A DNA stretch of 59,346 nt, counting the filler, from Sphacelaria rigidula (Eukaryota): NCBI GenBank assembly GCA_964200075.2. It is 5 parts of 5 records of this genome, joined end to end, with 100 filler letters (N's around TTAATTAATTAA, not from the genome) between each part and the next. Parts side by side here need not be neighbours in the genome. Positions count along the whole stretch, not along the records: positions 11,892 to 23,680 come from CAXNAA020004496.1; positions 23,781 to 35,569 come from CAXNAA020004497.1; 3 more parts are not named here. The stretch is one strand, 5' to 3'. Below, piece after piece: positions 12,331 through 25,037 of the stretch (position 1 is its first letter; each line of letters starts with the position of its first letter). A program made the translations under genes and the position numbers. The notes below the pieces were generated by a model that did not search any database, was not told where the DNA came from, and saw only the letters and a list, made by a program, of their open reading frames with translations.

Positions 12331-13191
12331 TTCTGGTTGTCATACGTTTCAAGTCCAGATGAATTTCACAGAGCCCAGCAAAAAACGGAGATGGACATTA
12401 CGAACCACGGCGAATATCACCCCTCACCCTGGAGCTCGATAGCCCACAGTGTGGCTCTCGATCAGCTGGTTGATTGTGTGCTTGGTTTCGTTTCAATCGG
12501 CCGTGAAAACGAAGTCGCGTTGTCTGTTTTCGGGCAATGAAGCGACAACTTTGTCGCATAATCCTGTTGCTCGTCCAATAACGCACCAACGACACTGAAA
12601 ATCGTAGCCCCATACTCGTACTGCGGTGGACTGTAGCTACTCCGAAAGCATCAGGCGTCTAGCGTGAGTCTGTGTAGATAGCGGTGCATGCCTTGAAATG
12701 TTCAGCGCACGTTCCCAGTGGTTGCGCATTGCAATCATGTCAACAAAACACCAAGTTTCTTCGTTGACATGTGGTTGTTTACGCCGCATTATCTAGCTGG
12801 GAAAGCTAAGATATTCCACTTCTGGCCTTCCGGTCGCGCTCGCAAAATTATCAAGACTTTGATGAAGCCATCTCGTAGCAGAAATGACGCCATTTATCAC
12901 ATGTGTCACATCTATCGCATGAATCACAGCGGTGGGGGTTGTCTCGCCGCACGTTCTCACAGCTTAAAATATGTACAGAACAACCCCCAAGAACCGGATT
13001 GTCGGCCCCATACAAGCCATGAAAACGGATGGCAAAAAAAAAATAACATCAAGATGACGCAGATAACGCCTTCCAACACAGCTAAGAATATCGCCAAGGT
13101 TGCAAGCCAAAGAAAGAAGTCAACAATATAACCGATAGGATACAACAGGGATATATGGTATATGGGTTTCTTGTCACCCCCGCCTCTCCTA

Positions 13192-13530
13192 CCCATACTC
13201 CTGGTCGGGTACCAAGCGAGTCGTTCTCTCCACCATTTCCATCCTGAGTTTATCACGAGCTCGTGCTATTTGTGTCGCGTCAGCGATGGCGGCTCTCCTG
13301 TTGGTGGATCTCGATTCAACAGCCTCTTGCTCATGGCGTAGGTTTGATTCAAAGTAGATCTTCGTGTCGGCACGCCTCCTCGAGCTCCCCCGCCTCTTTT
13401 TTCGGCCCTCACTTCGAGTATACTCGTATTTTCTCAGCACCTCGTGCGGGGAATCTTCACCCCTCTGTATTTCATATTCCGCGTTCGTGAAGGACTGCTC
13501 CCGTTGCCTCTTCGCCCGCACATTTGACAC
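13192..13530 (-). CDS. Possible exon of an unidentified minus-strand gene (charged, coiled-coil-like)
   Basis: Open ~113-codon frame with protein-like R/E/K-rich composition (RRAAIADATQIARARDKLRMEMVER) and GT donors at its 3' end. Other exons not resolved. Confidence 0.35.
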
Positions 13531-14924
13531 TTCTCAGATGCCAAGTTAAAGAACAGTGTGTGTTGCCTTCTTATCCTGCATATTTACCACTCCGCAGTTA
13601 CAAAGTGGCGCTTCTTCCGTCTCTTCGTGATCATCTGCAGTCTCACATGACACCCATTCCTTCACTACATTTGGCCACATCGAGCACACACTTTCCTCCC
13701 TTAAAAAATGGAATAAAATGCAATAGCGATCACCACTGTAGACTCCCGTCTCACAGACACGCATTGATAATTTTTACTGAACTTGAAAATACACGCAGCT
13801 CATAAGCACCAATAGACTATGTGGCCACAAGGACCAGTCAGTAGTAGTATAAATAATTGCACGCCTTGGTCACCGTGTCGCTGTATTTGTGCACGTTGAT
13901 CACCCCTGTAGATGTTGCTACACGCTTGACCTGTTCTCTGCCTGTCTTTGTCCCGCTGGCCATTGGGCTACTATTTTCCCGAGTATTCACATTTATTGTA
14001 ATTGGCTGTTTTTGCAAGTGTTTTGGGGTAACTTTGGCGAAGGTCCTGCTGATTTTTTTCAAGCATCGATCGACCCCATGAACGTAAATACAAACGGGAT
14101 TCCAGCGATTTCGTTGGTGCCAAGTAGCCTGGCCTGGATAAAAAACATGAATTTGGAGTGTACAGCATACATGGGGCTACGTCAGTGGTCGATCCGTGTT
14201 ACTTCGTCAACCGACTATGTTGTACTTTCTGGCGGTTGAGTCCAACGCAAAGAACTCAACACGAAAGTTCTCGCTGCTATATCACCCAAAAAGGATGCAA
14301 ACGGCACCTAGTGCGCCTGCTTCCATTTTGTATCTCTTGCAGAGCTCGTCGACGACAATCCTTGCCCGATTTATGTAGTCCCCACACAGCTGAGTTGCCA
14401 TCTGCCTGCATGATTTTTTTCGTTTTGTTTTGTTTTGTTTTGTAGTGGTTCGTTTTGTACAGCCCCCTTACCGGAAGCTAAACGTTGGGGGCCTGCTGTT
14501 GATTTGTTGGTGCATTTTCGTTCTCGGTCCACTGTGTTCGTTTTCTCATTTTATTTCCCTTCTCGAGTCTCCCTTGCGAGCGTTCTGTTTGATTTAGTCT
14601 GGGCCCCTCTACAGTATCGTTTACCCAGGGCTGGATTGGCAGGCTATCAGTTTGTGTTGATGTTGATGTTGATGTGCGTCAATCAATTCATCAATCCGAT
14701 TTCGTGCGTTTTTGCTGTTGTTCATCCACTGCTGAACTGATTTCCGCGGGTTAGAGCTCATCATGTGCAGCTGCGATGAGGTCATCATTGGATCCACAGT
14801 AGTGCGCCTGAGCTTGAGCTCTCTGTACGGATAAGCGTCGACAAATCCTCGACGTATTGTACACTATGAATCTCCACATTCCCGGTTTTGATTGTGTTTG
14901 TCGTTTTTCGTTTATCGCACCTTA

Positions 14925-15230
14925 GTCATTATCCATAAGACAGACATACGTACCCAAGGCGAACAAAACGGGAACAGTCGCTGAGGATACTCGGGAAGGG
15001 GAGAAGACAACGAAAGAAATGTGGAACATACCAAGAGAAAAAACGAGATACAAGCAAAACAGAAAAAAAAAAAGGAGAAAGGAAAGGAAAGGAGAGGAGA
15101 GGAAAGGAGGAAAAAAAAATGAATAGCCGATTCCGATGAGGAGGCTGTAAGTGATGAAAAAACAAGGAAATAAAGAGGGAAAGAACAAACAAGGTACACG
15201 AAAGGGCCAGCTTCGCGGCATGACTTCACG
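14925..15230. repeat. Dispersed repeat family B, copy 2
   Basis: Homologous to 12065-12330. Confidence 0.65.
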
Positions 15231-15598
15231 TAAAAGACCGTGCGAAAAAAAGAAACAGTGGGCGCTATCTGGGGTTGACGCTGTTTGAGCATGAACTGTC
15301 AGCCACTAGCTCTACGGGAGCGAGGCATGAACAACGCCATAGTATATGAAAAAAGGAAAAGAGAGAGCAGATAACGAGAAAATAACGAGAAAATAACGAG
15401 GAGGGAAAATGCGAAGACAACAACGATGCAGGTATGTGATGTGCCCATGGAACACGAAGTTCACTGTATGATGTGAACTGTAGTGCTATATATTGTTCAG
15501 CCAACACATTATTCATGTCTTCGGTTATTTTCTGTGTGAATCTAGATCTATCCGGAAAAAAGAAGCAAACCGACTCGTATTAGCATTCGTATTTGAAA

Positions 15599-18500
15599 AT
15601 GCTAGCCACGACACTAGCTCCGAGATACGACGACTTCATTCGGCCCTCTATTCCGATGTGCCAACAGGGGGGCACTACTCCAGTGGGTTCCGCGTTGCGA
15701 CACTCAAGAAGGGGGCATAATGGCCAAGTTGCAGGCATGCGACGTCTAGCTATCCTTGCCTCCGGCGCGGGTAGGAAGTGTGTCACAATACGTGGAGGAG
15801 GCGGACCCGTGCAAACTACCGCAGGCCTAGGCGCGTCAACCGCTGGTTTGTCGGTAAGCACTTGGTGGATTGTGGGCCAAACTGCAATGATCTATCTGGA
15901 ATCCTTCGTCCACAATGCAGCTCTTCTCTGCAGTTGTCGCTCTCGTGTACACGTTTGCCAGGTTGTAATAGCACTGGAACCGGAAGCGAGGTACGTGGGG
16001 TTCAGACTGCCGTCGTTTCTCCGACTAGCGATGTGACCTGTTTTCGATGTTCTTCACTCCAAAAAACGAAGAATGATCCATGTTCGTGGGCAGGTGTGAA
16101 CGAATTGGATCGTTCGGGCGAATGTTCCTGTTGCTGGTTGTGCGGTTTCAAGATCGAATCCTACCCGATCGTTCGCAATGTCAGCGACCATTTGAACACC
16201 ACACGGTCGACCATGTTTTCCTGAACGCCCTTTGACTACATGAGACGTTAGAGAGAGCATCTAATTTGCTGACGGTGGTATTCGTGCGGCACTACGATAT
16301 AAGCCCGACTAACTCGACGAATTAGTCCAAGCAGCTCCCCCGATTGGTATTTTTCGCTTGTATATAATCGCATACAGGAGGCGTCATCGGTGATGCTGTC
16401 AATCGTGTCGTGGATGGAAGAAAAGGGCCTGGACGCGTTCATTGTGCCCTCGGACGATCCGCATCTCAGGTGGGGGGATGCTGCTAGTTTGTCGCCGTTT
16501 GCCTCGGTATCTCACCACTGGCGAGACTGGTGAGACCTATCGGACCAGAATATTCATGATGCTTCGCTTGACACGATTACGATTGCGCGCCCCCTGCCTT
16601 CGTACTTGTGCAGCGAGTATTCGGCCCAATGCTTCAATCGGCGAGCCTTTGTGTCCGGCTTCACTGGCTCAGCAGGAACTGCGGTAATCCTGAAGGACGA
16701 GGTGAGCCGCTGTGATGCACGAGGGCATGAGGGCATGAGGGCACACAACGACACGACTGCTAGACTCCTCTCATCCGGCAAAATTTCCAACACAAGATTC
16801 GTTGCCGGTGTATGTTTCTTGTTGGCGGTGAGCGTTTCTTGACCACAGGCATTGCTGTGGACTGACGGAAGGTATCATTTGCAAGCGGAGCAGCAACTTG
16901 GTGCAGGGTGGACTCTCATGAAAGCTGGAAAACCGTCCGTTCCCACTATCAAGGCATTTCTCGCAGAGCGCTTACCACCATCATCTCGCGTGGGTATCGA
17001 TCCCTTTGTTCACTCAGCGGCTTTCATCCGGGATCTGGAGGAGGTGCCTTGGGATGTTTTCGTGCGGATCGTTGGCATTCATTGTGATTAGCGGCATACC
17101 GAGTTCTCGTTTTCGCCCTACTTTGCGTCGGGCAAGGAAATCATCTGGTGTATGCCATGTTAATGAAGCAATTTTCGTCTGTTCGACTGATGACGCCTTT
17201 TTTTGTCTCTGTGTTTAGAAAATATACAGTATATTAGCTTATGTGCTCCAACCGGAAACGTGCTGTTCATGCAGGAGTTCAAGGCTGCGAACATATTGCT
17301 TGCTCCTCTGGAGCACACTGGAAATGGTAACCCTGTGGATGCTGTCTGGGGGGCGGAGCGTCCCGCCCCTCCACAGGGACCGGTCCGAGTACACCCCCTA
17401 AAATTCGCGGGGGAAACCATAAAGGCCAAGATCGAAAAGGTGCGAGCTTCAGTTTCCAGTTGCGGCACGTAACCGCTTGAGACCCATGGTGTTCGGCAGG
17501 CGTCAAGAGTTTTCAGCTTAAGAGAGTTTGGAGTAGTGATCGTGAGCAAGACGACGCTTCGTGATGCTGACAAACCAAAGCACGTTACACGAAACGCCAC
17601 CCATGCGGGAGAAGAAAGTCTTTGACGACTCTCACTCTATGGTGCACACGTCGACTGATAGCTATAGCATACTCGTAGGTGGCGGGGTGCTCGTAATGGG
17701 CGCACGCCTATGCACTCACAATAGTATGTACTCATAGCAGAAACGCTTTGCGTGAGTGCCAACGGTGTTGCACGGTTGTCATCATGCCAACGGTGTACAA
17801 AAATCGAAACCTCTTGAGTTTCTCCTGCGACGTTGTATCCTCCGGTCATATGAACGGTTGGGCAATCGCCTCTTCACCACAGCATGTAGTCACCAATGGA
17901 AATGCCGAGTTTTGATCATGAGTGTAGCGCGACGAACTTGCAACCCACGTCTGAGCGTTCTTCCCCCGGCCGCTCACTTCATGAACTGCATGACACAAGG
18001 TTCGGGAAAGCATGTCAAAAGAGCAAGCGGATGCCTTGGTGTGCTGCATGCTCGATGAGGCAAGTCACTCGAAATATCTACGGCGTTATCATGTGGAAAG
18101 TTCGGATGATGGAGGCATAGTGAGTCTCGCCATACCGGGTACCGTTGCTTTACCCCTCGTAATAACGAAGCAATATCTATCAACCACACGTCGTCACGGC
18201 GTCGCCGATGGTCAGAACAGGGCGGGCTTTCGAATATGAACGTGAACTAAGCAGGTCACCCATCCCCCTGCTTGCAGCCTAATGACGGCATTTGCGTGTG
18301 CTGGATATTCTTCAATTTTTCAACGGGCCTCGTTGTTATGCAGACCCTCCCCTGCGGCGTGTTTTGTACTTACCGACAAGTCAGAATGTACGTGCTCTTA
18401 GAGCTGACGTGTATTTGCGTGTGCAGGTGGCGTACCTGCTCAATATTCGAGGCGATGACGTAGCACATTGCCCCGTCGTTATGGCGTACGCGCTGGTAAC

Positions 18501-21500
18501 ATCAGAGGGAAGCACCAGTCTCTTCATCGACCGGTCTAAGTTGTCTCCAGCGGTCGCTGCGGAGCTGAAGGTATGAGCTCACACCGTAGACATGCCGTTT
18601 CCTGGCTCATCCAGACGTTTTTGTTCTTCTCTTGAAATGGCAAAATTGGTATTTTGATGTGTTTAACTTTGATCGCGCATAGGTATTGACGCTGATTGTC
18701 GTGTTACTTTCGCTCGGTTCCCACACGGAGACGCTGGCCGCGTAGAGCGCAGAACACTGCCTACGACATGCACGGCATCACTGTTATAAATACTGTTGTG
18801 ATGAGGAATATGTGAAAGCAGACGCTCCTCAAAGTAGAACGGCTTGATGTTTGCGGGTCCTGGATTTCCATTATCTAATGGTCTTCGATATTTTCCAGCT
18901 AAAAATATGTATGCAACCGATCCAGGCCTCCAACGTAGAGGTGCACGCCTATGACGACGCCTTGGGAGCGGTGCAGAGATTGGCGGAACAAGGAAAGCGA
19001 GTATGGATAGACCCGGACAGGGTCAACTACGCATTCGCCAACGTCATGCCTCGAGAGAGGTGCGTGCGTTGAACAGCACGGCCCCACATACAGTTTTGAT
19101 ACAGTACTGGCAATTTGATTGCACAATGCCTCTGTGGATCATCCTCACGTCAACAGTGGTGAGCGAGGTAATTTATACAGATCTGGATGTTCGTGTGCGA
19201 TGATGATCGCCTCCAAGCTGACTTGGACACAATACACGGCCTTCGCCCAACGTATCCCGACGGTTGTACTTGCTCTTTTTGCTGCCCCAGGGTAGTGTCG
19301 AAGCCATCGCCGATACAAGCTGCGAAGGGAGTGAAGAACGCTGCTGAATTGGAGGGCATGCGTGCTGCACACGTCCGTGATGGAGTCGCCATGGTGCATG
19401 CTTTGTCAAGACTGGAGCGTGATGTGGCTGAAGGACTGACGGTATCGGAGGTAGATGTTGACCACCGTATCACGGCCAGTCGAGCCAAACAAGACAAATT
19501 TCTGGGTGAGTCCCCGCTTCCCAAGGCTGCAAATGGTTTGTTCCAATGTCGAATGAAATCATGGCGCTGTGAATAGAAGTGCTCCATGAACCGAGATTTC
19601 AAAAGACCGCTGCACTTCGTGCGGCAGCTAGAGCTGAAACACATGTCGACTCACTACGAATACATTCGCAACCCAAGTGCAAGGAGAAGGGAGTCGTTGC
19701 AGTGGCACAGTGATGTCAGAATTATTTCCAACCGTCAAGCTTTGAACTCCATTCACGTCGACAGCCGCAAGTGAGTAGTGTCTGCTGTGTCCGCTGGTTG
19801 TGAGCGACGGTAGCTTCGAGGAAAGTAAACACTGTTGAATTTCTTCATGATCATGTTCACCACGAAACACTGCTGTAGAGCATTTGTAAACGAATTCACC
19901 GAGTTTTTGCCGCCGTTGACAACGCGCCAGGGATTCTGCGGAACTTTGTCTTTTGATTTTATTCGTGCGACCTACAGTAAAAATTTTCCATGCTCGCGAA
20001 AGAATGCTTCGCTCGCCCAACTAACCAAGGGTATGTGATCCTCTTCAACGACATCACATGTCGGTTCTTTTATCATACTCATCCCCAGGATTTCATTGTC
20101 CCACCCTTCATTGCGGCTACTTCTTGCGCTTGTAAAGACCGTAGCTTTCCTACCATCGCTGGCGAAGGGCAGAATGGAGCGATCATCCATTATTCAGCGG
20201 ACTCACACACCTGCAACGTAGTCGGACAGTCGTCTATGCTGCTGTTAGATTCTGGGGCACAGTACGAGGACGGAACTACCGACGTCACGCGTACAATGCA
20301 CTTCGGGGAACCCACATCAGAGCAAAAAGAGGTGCTGCGCGTTGCACAGAAGTCTGGAGGACGTTGTCCTACGTAGAAGTGTTGCTCATTGTTGAACCCT
20401 TGCTCCAGGCGTCAACATATTGTGGTTGACTGCGGCCACCGCAGTGGGTCTTTGGCTGTAGGTACTATGCACGCGAAATTCCAGCTGGTGTGTTTGATTC
20501 TGCATACTTGCATGTGAACGACGTATATAATGTACGAGTCATTATGGTTCACTAGACCCACTCACGTCGTTCCGTGCCTCGCCCCCTTTGCCTTCGAAAG
20601 GCGTATACCCGCGTTCTTCAAGGTCATATTGGATTAGCTACTGCTACGTTCCCAGATGGTACGCCTGGATTTATGATTGATGCGTTCGCTCGACGATCAC
20701 TTTGGGAAGCGGGGCTAGACTACCAACATGGGACTGGACATGGTGTTGGGGCTGCATTGAATGTGCACGAGGGCCCTCAGGTCAGTCACTTGCAAGGAAA
20801 GATACATACTTCACAGTAGCCAATCTTGTCCCCCCTACTTCGAGGTAGTAGTTGCTTACTTTTGCGACCGGTGCAAGTTGACAGGCGTATCACGTGTACG
20901 TCAAGTATGAGGTACTTACTGTTGGATGACAACATGGAGATCGTACTGTACTCATCACATGTTGGGAACTGCTGGTGTTTCATTCGTGTCAACACACACA
21001 AGCGCCGGTGATGCGGCGCATATTTCTCTTGTCGTCACGTGATACGTCTCATTTCACTCCCACGTACTTTCTCGCGCTTCAGTCGATCAGTTCACGCACA
21101 GCCAACACCACTCCACTTCAGCCGGGGATGGTGGTGAGCAATGAGCCTGGATACTACAAAGGAGGAGAAGGCGGGTTCGGCATTCGCATCGAAAACTTGC
21201 TCGAAATCGTCGACACAGGAATCATGAACGAAGTGCTCGGAAGGAGGTGACGTTGTACCTAATTGCTATCACAGAGATGGTATCCGTTGCTAAGTTTTAC
21301 AAAGGTCTCTCCGGTAGACCTGAACGAGAGAAGCTTTGTAACGTATATTCGCCTCTCTCGGTTGCTCGCGCTTACCCACGGCCGTGTCTATTCCTCAAGC
21401 GGCTTGATATGAGAGTCTTACATGACCTCTTTGGTACACCTTTGTCGCTCGTATGTTTGGTTCTGGAAACTCAGCTTCTACCGCTTTGAGCCATTAACGC

Positions 21501-21776
21501 TCATCCCAATGCAGAAGAAGCTGGTCGACTTCGCACTTTTATCCACGAAGGAGCGGCAATGGCTGGATTCCTATCACAGAACGGTAAGTTTTGACTTCGA
21601 GGATCCTGAAATTTGTATTATGCATGAGTCTGTGGGTCACGTCCTCCATCCAGGGTCGAACTTGACCTCTGCACTTGCCCTATCAGGTGTGGATGAAGAT
21701 CAGTCCTTTGGTGGAAGATGAAGAGGCCCTCGCGTGGCTCAGGGACGCCACTTTGCCGTTGTCGTCAGAGCACTAG
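15599..21776 (+). CDS. Xaa-Pro aminopeptidase (aminopeptidase P, peptidase M24B, XPNPEP1/APP-like), 15 exons
   Basis: Phase-consistent exons: 15599-15770 (5' end uncertain), 15962-15990, 16378-16469, 16614-16701, 16849-17043, 17275-17439, 18000-18059, 18427-18570, 18926-19059, 19291-19505, 20138-20331, 20601-20780, 21083-21246, 21475-21583, 21687-21776. Motifs [54 protein letters not shown]. Metal ligands in [44 protein letters not shown]. Confidence 0.95.
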
Positions 21777-22021
21777 GACCGTGCCAAGCTTGAGTCAGGT
21801 GTACGTACAACTATGTATCAAGATCTCGTATTTTGATTCACCGCAGTTGTAAGGATGGTGCGACCGAGGCAGGGCTCTCCAGCACCCTTGTTGAGGCACA
21901 CCAATAATTTAACGAACGTCTTGGGAAAGTTCATATTTGCCCGGGTGCTCGTGCATCAACCGTTCCCAGCTCGGTGTGGTTCCGGTGGAATAGTGTTGGA
22001 ACTGACAGACCATAAAGCCCG

Positions 22022-22673
22022 TCAGTCCAGTTCTCCGAAGTTGGTGCCCACCTGAGCGCCCTTTTGTGGTGATATTGTGACCGTTTTCTTGTCGACCGCG
22101 GTCATGGAGCCTGTGGCCCATGCCGCTCGCGATTTTTTCGTAGGAGAACCCGGGATATCATTGAAACTGAAATTGCCGGCGCGATTGTCTGCGCCAATCG
22201 CTGCAGCTGTGTGAGAAGTGTGGGCTGAGTTGTGCTCAATCGCCTCATCCCGAAGTCGATTGCTTGTCCCCTTGAGACCTCGGATTTCGTCGTCGACGTC
22301 CTCGTGAAGTTGCGTGAGATCAAGTTCTTCTCCATTTGTTCGAGCTGCCTGCTTCAGCATTGGGGTGGAAGTTTTTTGTGTTTCATGTTTCGGACCAAGG
22401 TTTGATCACCTACCCTCAGGATTTGACCAGCCTACATGTCAAGCACATTGGACCTGTCTCGCCGACGTGTACCTGAGTTGTCTGCTGGCCGACTGGGTGT
22501 GCTGAGCTCAAGACCTGCCGAGGAGGAGGCTGAGCCAATACACGGTTAACCCGTTGTGCCCTAGCGTTGCGCACAATTTTGCCGTCACTGCAGGGTACGA
22601 CTGATTCCCCAGAAAAAGGGTTGACAGCGGCGGCCGGAGTAGGAGGCAGGGCCTCCACTGCCGTTTCTGTTGC
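22022..22673 (-). CDS. Last two exons of an unidentified minus-strand gene, convergent with the aminopeptidase
   Basis: Exon 22673-22473 (tttcccag acceptor, gtacac donor, 67 codons) splices in phase to 22348-22022 (gaagcag acceptor, ending ELD-stop). Disordered composition, no recognisable domain. Confidence 0.5.
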
Positions 22674-23680
22674 CTGGGAAATGAGAAAAGCAACAGGAGC
22701 GACGTATTTTTCAGTCTTCATGGTGGAACGCACGTCTATTGTAGGTCTTGATTTTTCCCGTACCTTGATTATTCGACCAGCGCACGACACCACATTACTG
22801 TACACCGACAGCACTGAAAGAGGAGTCTGGCGACGGCACATTTCACTCATTGTGTTCATTTCTCGCAATGCGAATCGTCATCAAATCGGTGTGGTGCCTG
22901 CTCATGACACACACCACGACTTTCATTGAACATTTAGCCCTGCACACCGCGGACCGCCAGCTGACCAGGTGGTGTATGAATGCCCCGCTCCTTGCCTGAG
23001 TAAGGTGTCACCCACCCAGCTACCTCTTTACTGAGCGAGCCACGTTTTGCAATGAGTGATTGTACACACACTTGTTTCACATAATTCCCTATGAGCTGGG
23101 CCAGCTTAAAAGCGGCTAAAACTTGCATACACAACAGCTTTCCCAGTTTCCCGAATGAACCCGATGTAAGCATATCACTTTGAAGTGTAGACCAGCCTGG
23201 TAACATACGGCACCGCCGCTGAATGAAGAAAAACATTGAAAACAAATGTACTGCATAATGTATTACCTTAACGACGGACGAGAAAAAAGAGACTATGTCG
23301 GGATTCGAACTCATGACCCTTCATAATCGGAGTCTCCCATCACTTGATTCATAGGGGTGCAGCAGCGTCACGGAAAACGTTGAACGCACCGCCCAATTCG
23401 ATCACTCTTGAGCTGAAGTTTCAGGTAGACCTTCTGCACCGAAGGAACTGATACTTCACGTGAGCAGCTGCAGATTTATTTATGTTTTCCTGGACTCATG
23501 ACATTATCTTGTTTTTGCCGAAATTTCAAACGCTTATAACTTTTTTTTTACTGCTGACGTGATCTTCTGCAATTCGATAATAAAAAGCTGCTGTCAAAAT
23601 TTCAGCGTCCAACTCCTGATATCGCGCCGTGCGTCGCCTGAGCGAGATTCACACCTACTCTTGGCTGACCCAGCTCGGAC

Positions 23681-23780
23681 NNNNNNNNNNNNNNNNNNNN
23701 NNNNNNNNNNNNNNNNNNNNNNNNTTAATTAATTAANNNNNNNNNNNNNNNNNNNNNNNNNNNNNNNNNNNNNNNNNNNN
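23681..23780. other. Artificial scaffold linker 2
   Basis: 44 N + TTAATTAATTAA + 44 N. Confidence 0.98.
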
Positions 23781-24205
23781 TCAACCTCGCATCCTCTAGG
23801 GCAAAAGCTCTCTAAAGCAGGGCGGCGCGTGCACTGCGCCAAGTTGATACGGGGTTATAGTGGAATCATCACCCACACTGCCGAGAGGTGATCAAGCCGA
23901 GCCTTCGGGTGATCGTTTTGTCTGGACCAGGCTCGCGTTCAATCACCGAGCGCGAAGCGCCGTGGTGTGCTCGGCGAGTCGCATGAAGGGTGACCTTCAT
24001 CCCGCTGAGACTGCTCGACCCTCAGCCTGTTGATGATCTTGCATTTGGATGACAACATACAATGAGTTCCTTCATTTTCTGGTATCGCCCCTGATAGAAA
24101 CAGCCACAGCTTATGCACTGCCTCACGGGTGTCTCATGTAAACACTACGTAGTACGATCATCCTCGTTGTGCGGAGTTGAGGCTCTCCCACGCCGCACAA
24201 CACCA
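23781..24205 (-). repeat. Family A copy carrying an ~85-nt insert (~23831-23915)
   Basis: Colinear with 31985-32320, except that the core is interrupted by the module shared with 10030-10170. Confidence 0.75.
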
Positions 24206-24671
24206 CAGGGCGGGGGGGGAATCCCCACTAACCACTCTTCTCTAGCCCGGGGTGTATTACTAACTACTTCGAATTCGTTTTCAGCTCGGCGATTCTAGGT
24301 CTCGAGTTTACACCGTCTACTTGACTTTCGTGTCAAGACACTGAAACAGAATCACACAACAACGGATGACGAGCGTGAATTCCGACGTTGGGGAGCGGGG
24401 GTACTGCACACCTTGCAGTGGCTCTAGTACCGCTGCTGGTACCCTCCTTGAGTTCTCCATATTTGTTCTTTGAATGCTTGCCGCTTTTCAATTGCCCCCT
24501 CAGGGATCTAGCCGTGTTCACAGGTCACATGATACACGTTCCCGAGACAAGACAAACACTGGAACACTCGCCCAATAACAACTGAGAAATACAAAACGTA
24601 GAGTAGAACAGAGTAGACAGCGGAAATGAAAAAAAAATTATTCGTATATATGTATTTTTGATGTAGATGCC

Positions 24672-25037
24672 GGTCGCCCTGGTGGCTCAGTTGGTATATC
24701 CCGAAACCTTGTCATTGTCGTTGTTGGGTGGTGGGTCCGAATCTCGGTGCAGTCACACCATCTGGGATTTTGTTTCACGCAATGCCCAATAGTGAAGGGC
24801 GACTATGTCGCGGTACGCAATATTCGACTCCGCCGTCGACGAGGGAAAGGAACTGTTGAACAACTAACCCTAACCCCAAGGCAAGCACCGCAGAAGGAAA
24901 GGGGGGGACACCAACAGAGAAGAATAAAGGGAGAAAACCGCTTGGTTGCCCCCCTCCTGTATGACACGGGCTGACGCGCCCGCGTGCACCGAAAGGTGTA
25001 TCCTAACGTCCAGAAAGAGCGGGATGACAACACACAG
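24672..25037 (+). mobile_element. tRNA-derived SINE with (CA)n tail, full length
   Basis: A box TGGCTCAGTTGG (24683-24694), B-box-like GGTCCGAATCT, body GCGACTATGTCG...GTCGACGAGGGAAAG...AAGGCAAGCACCGC..., tail CAACACAC. Homologous to 43025-43392. Confidence 0.8.

Noticed and set aside
23855..23900. Permuted twister ribozyme (AGTGGA...ACACTGCC...GGT..AAGCC)
   Set aside because: No UAA cleavage motif or P4 stem, and the second copy at 10066-10150 does not keep the required pseudoknot pairing.
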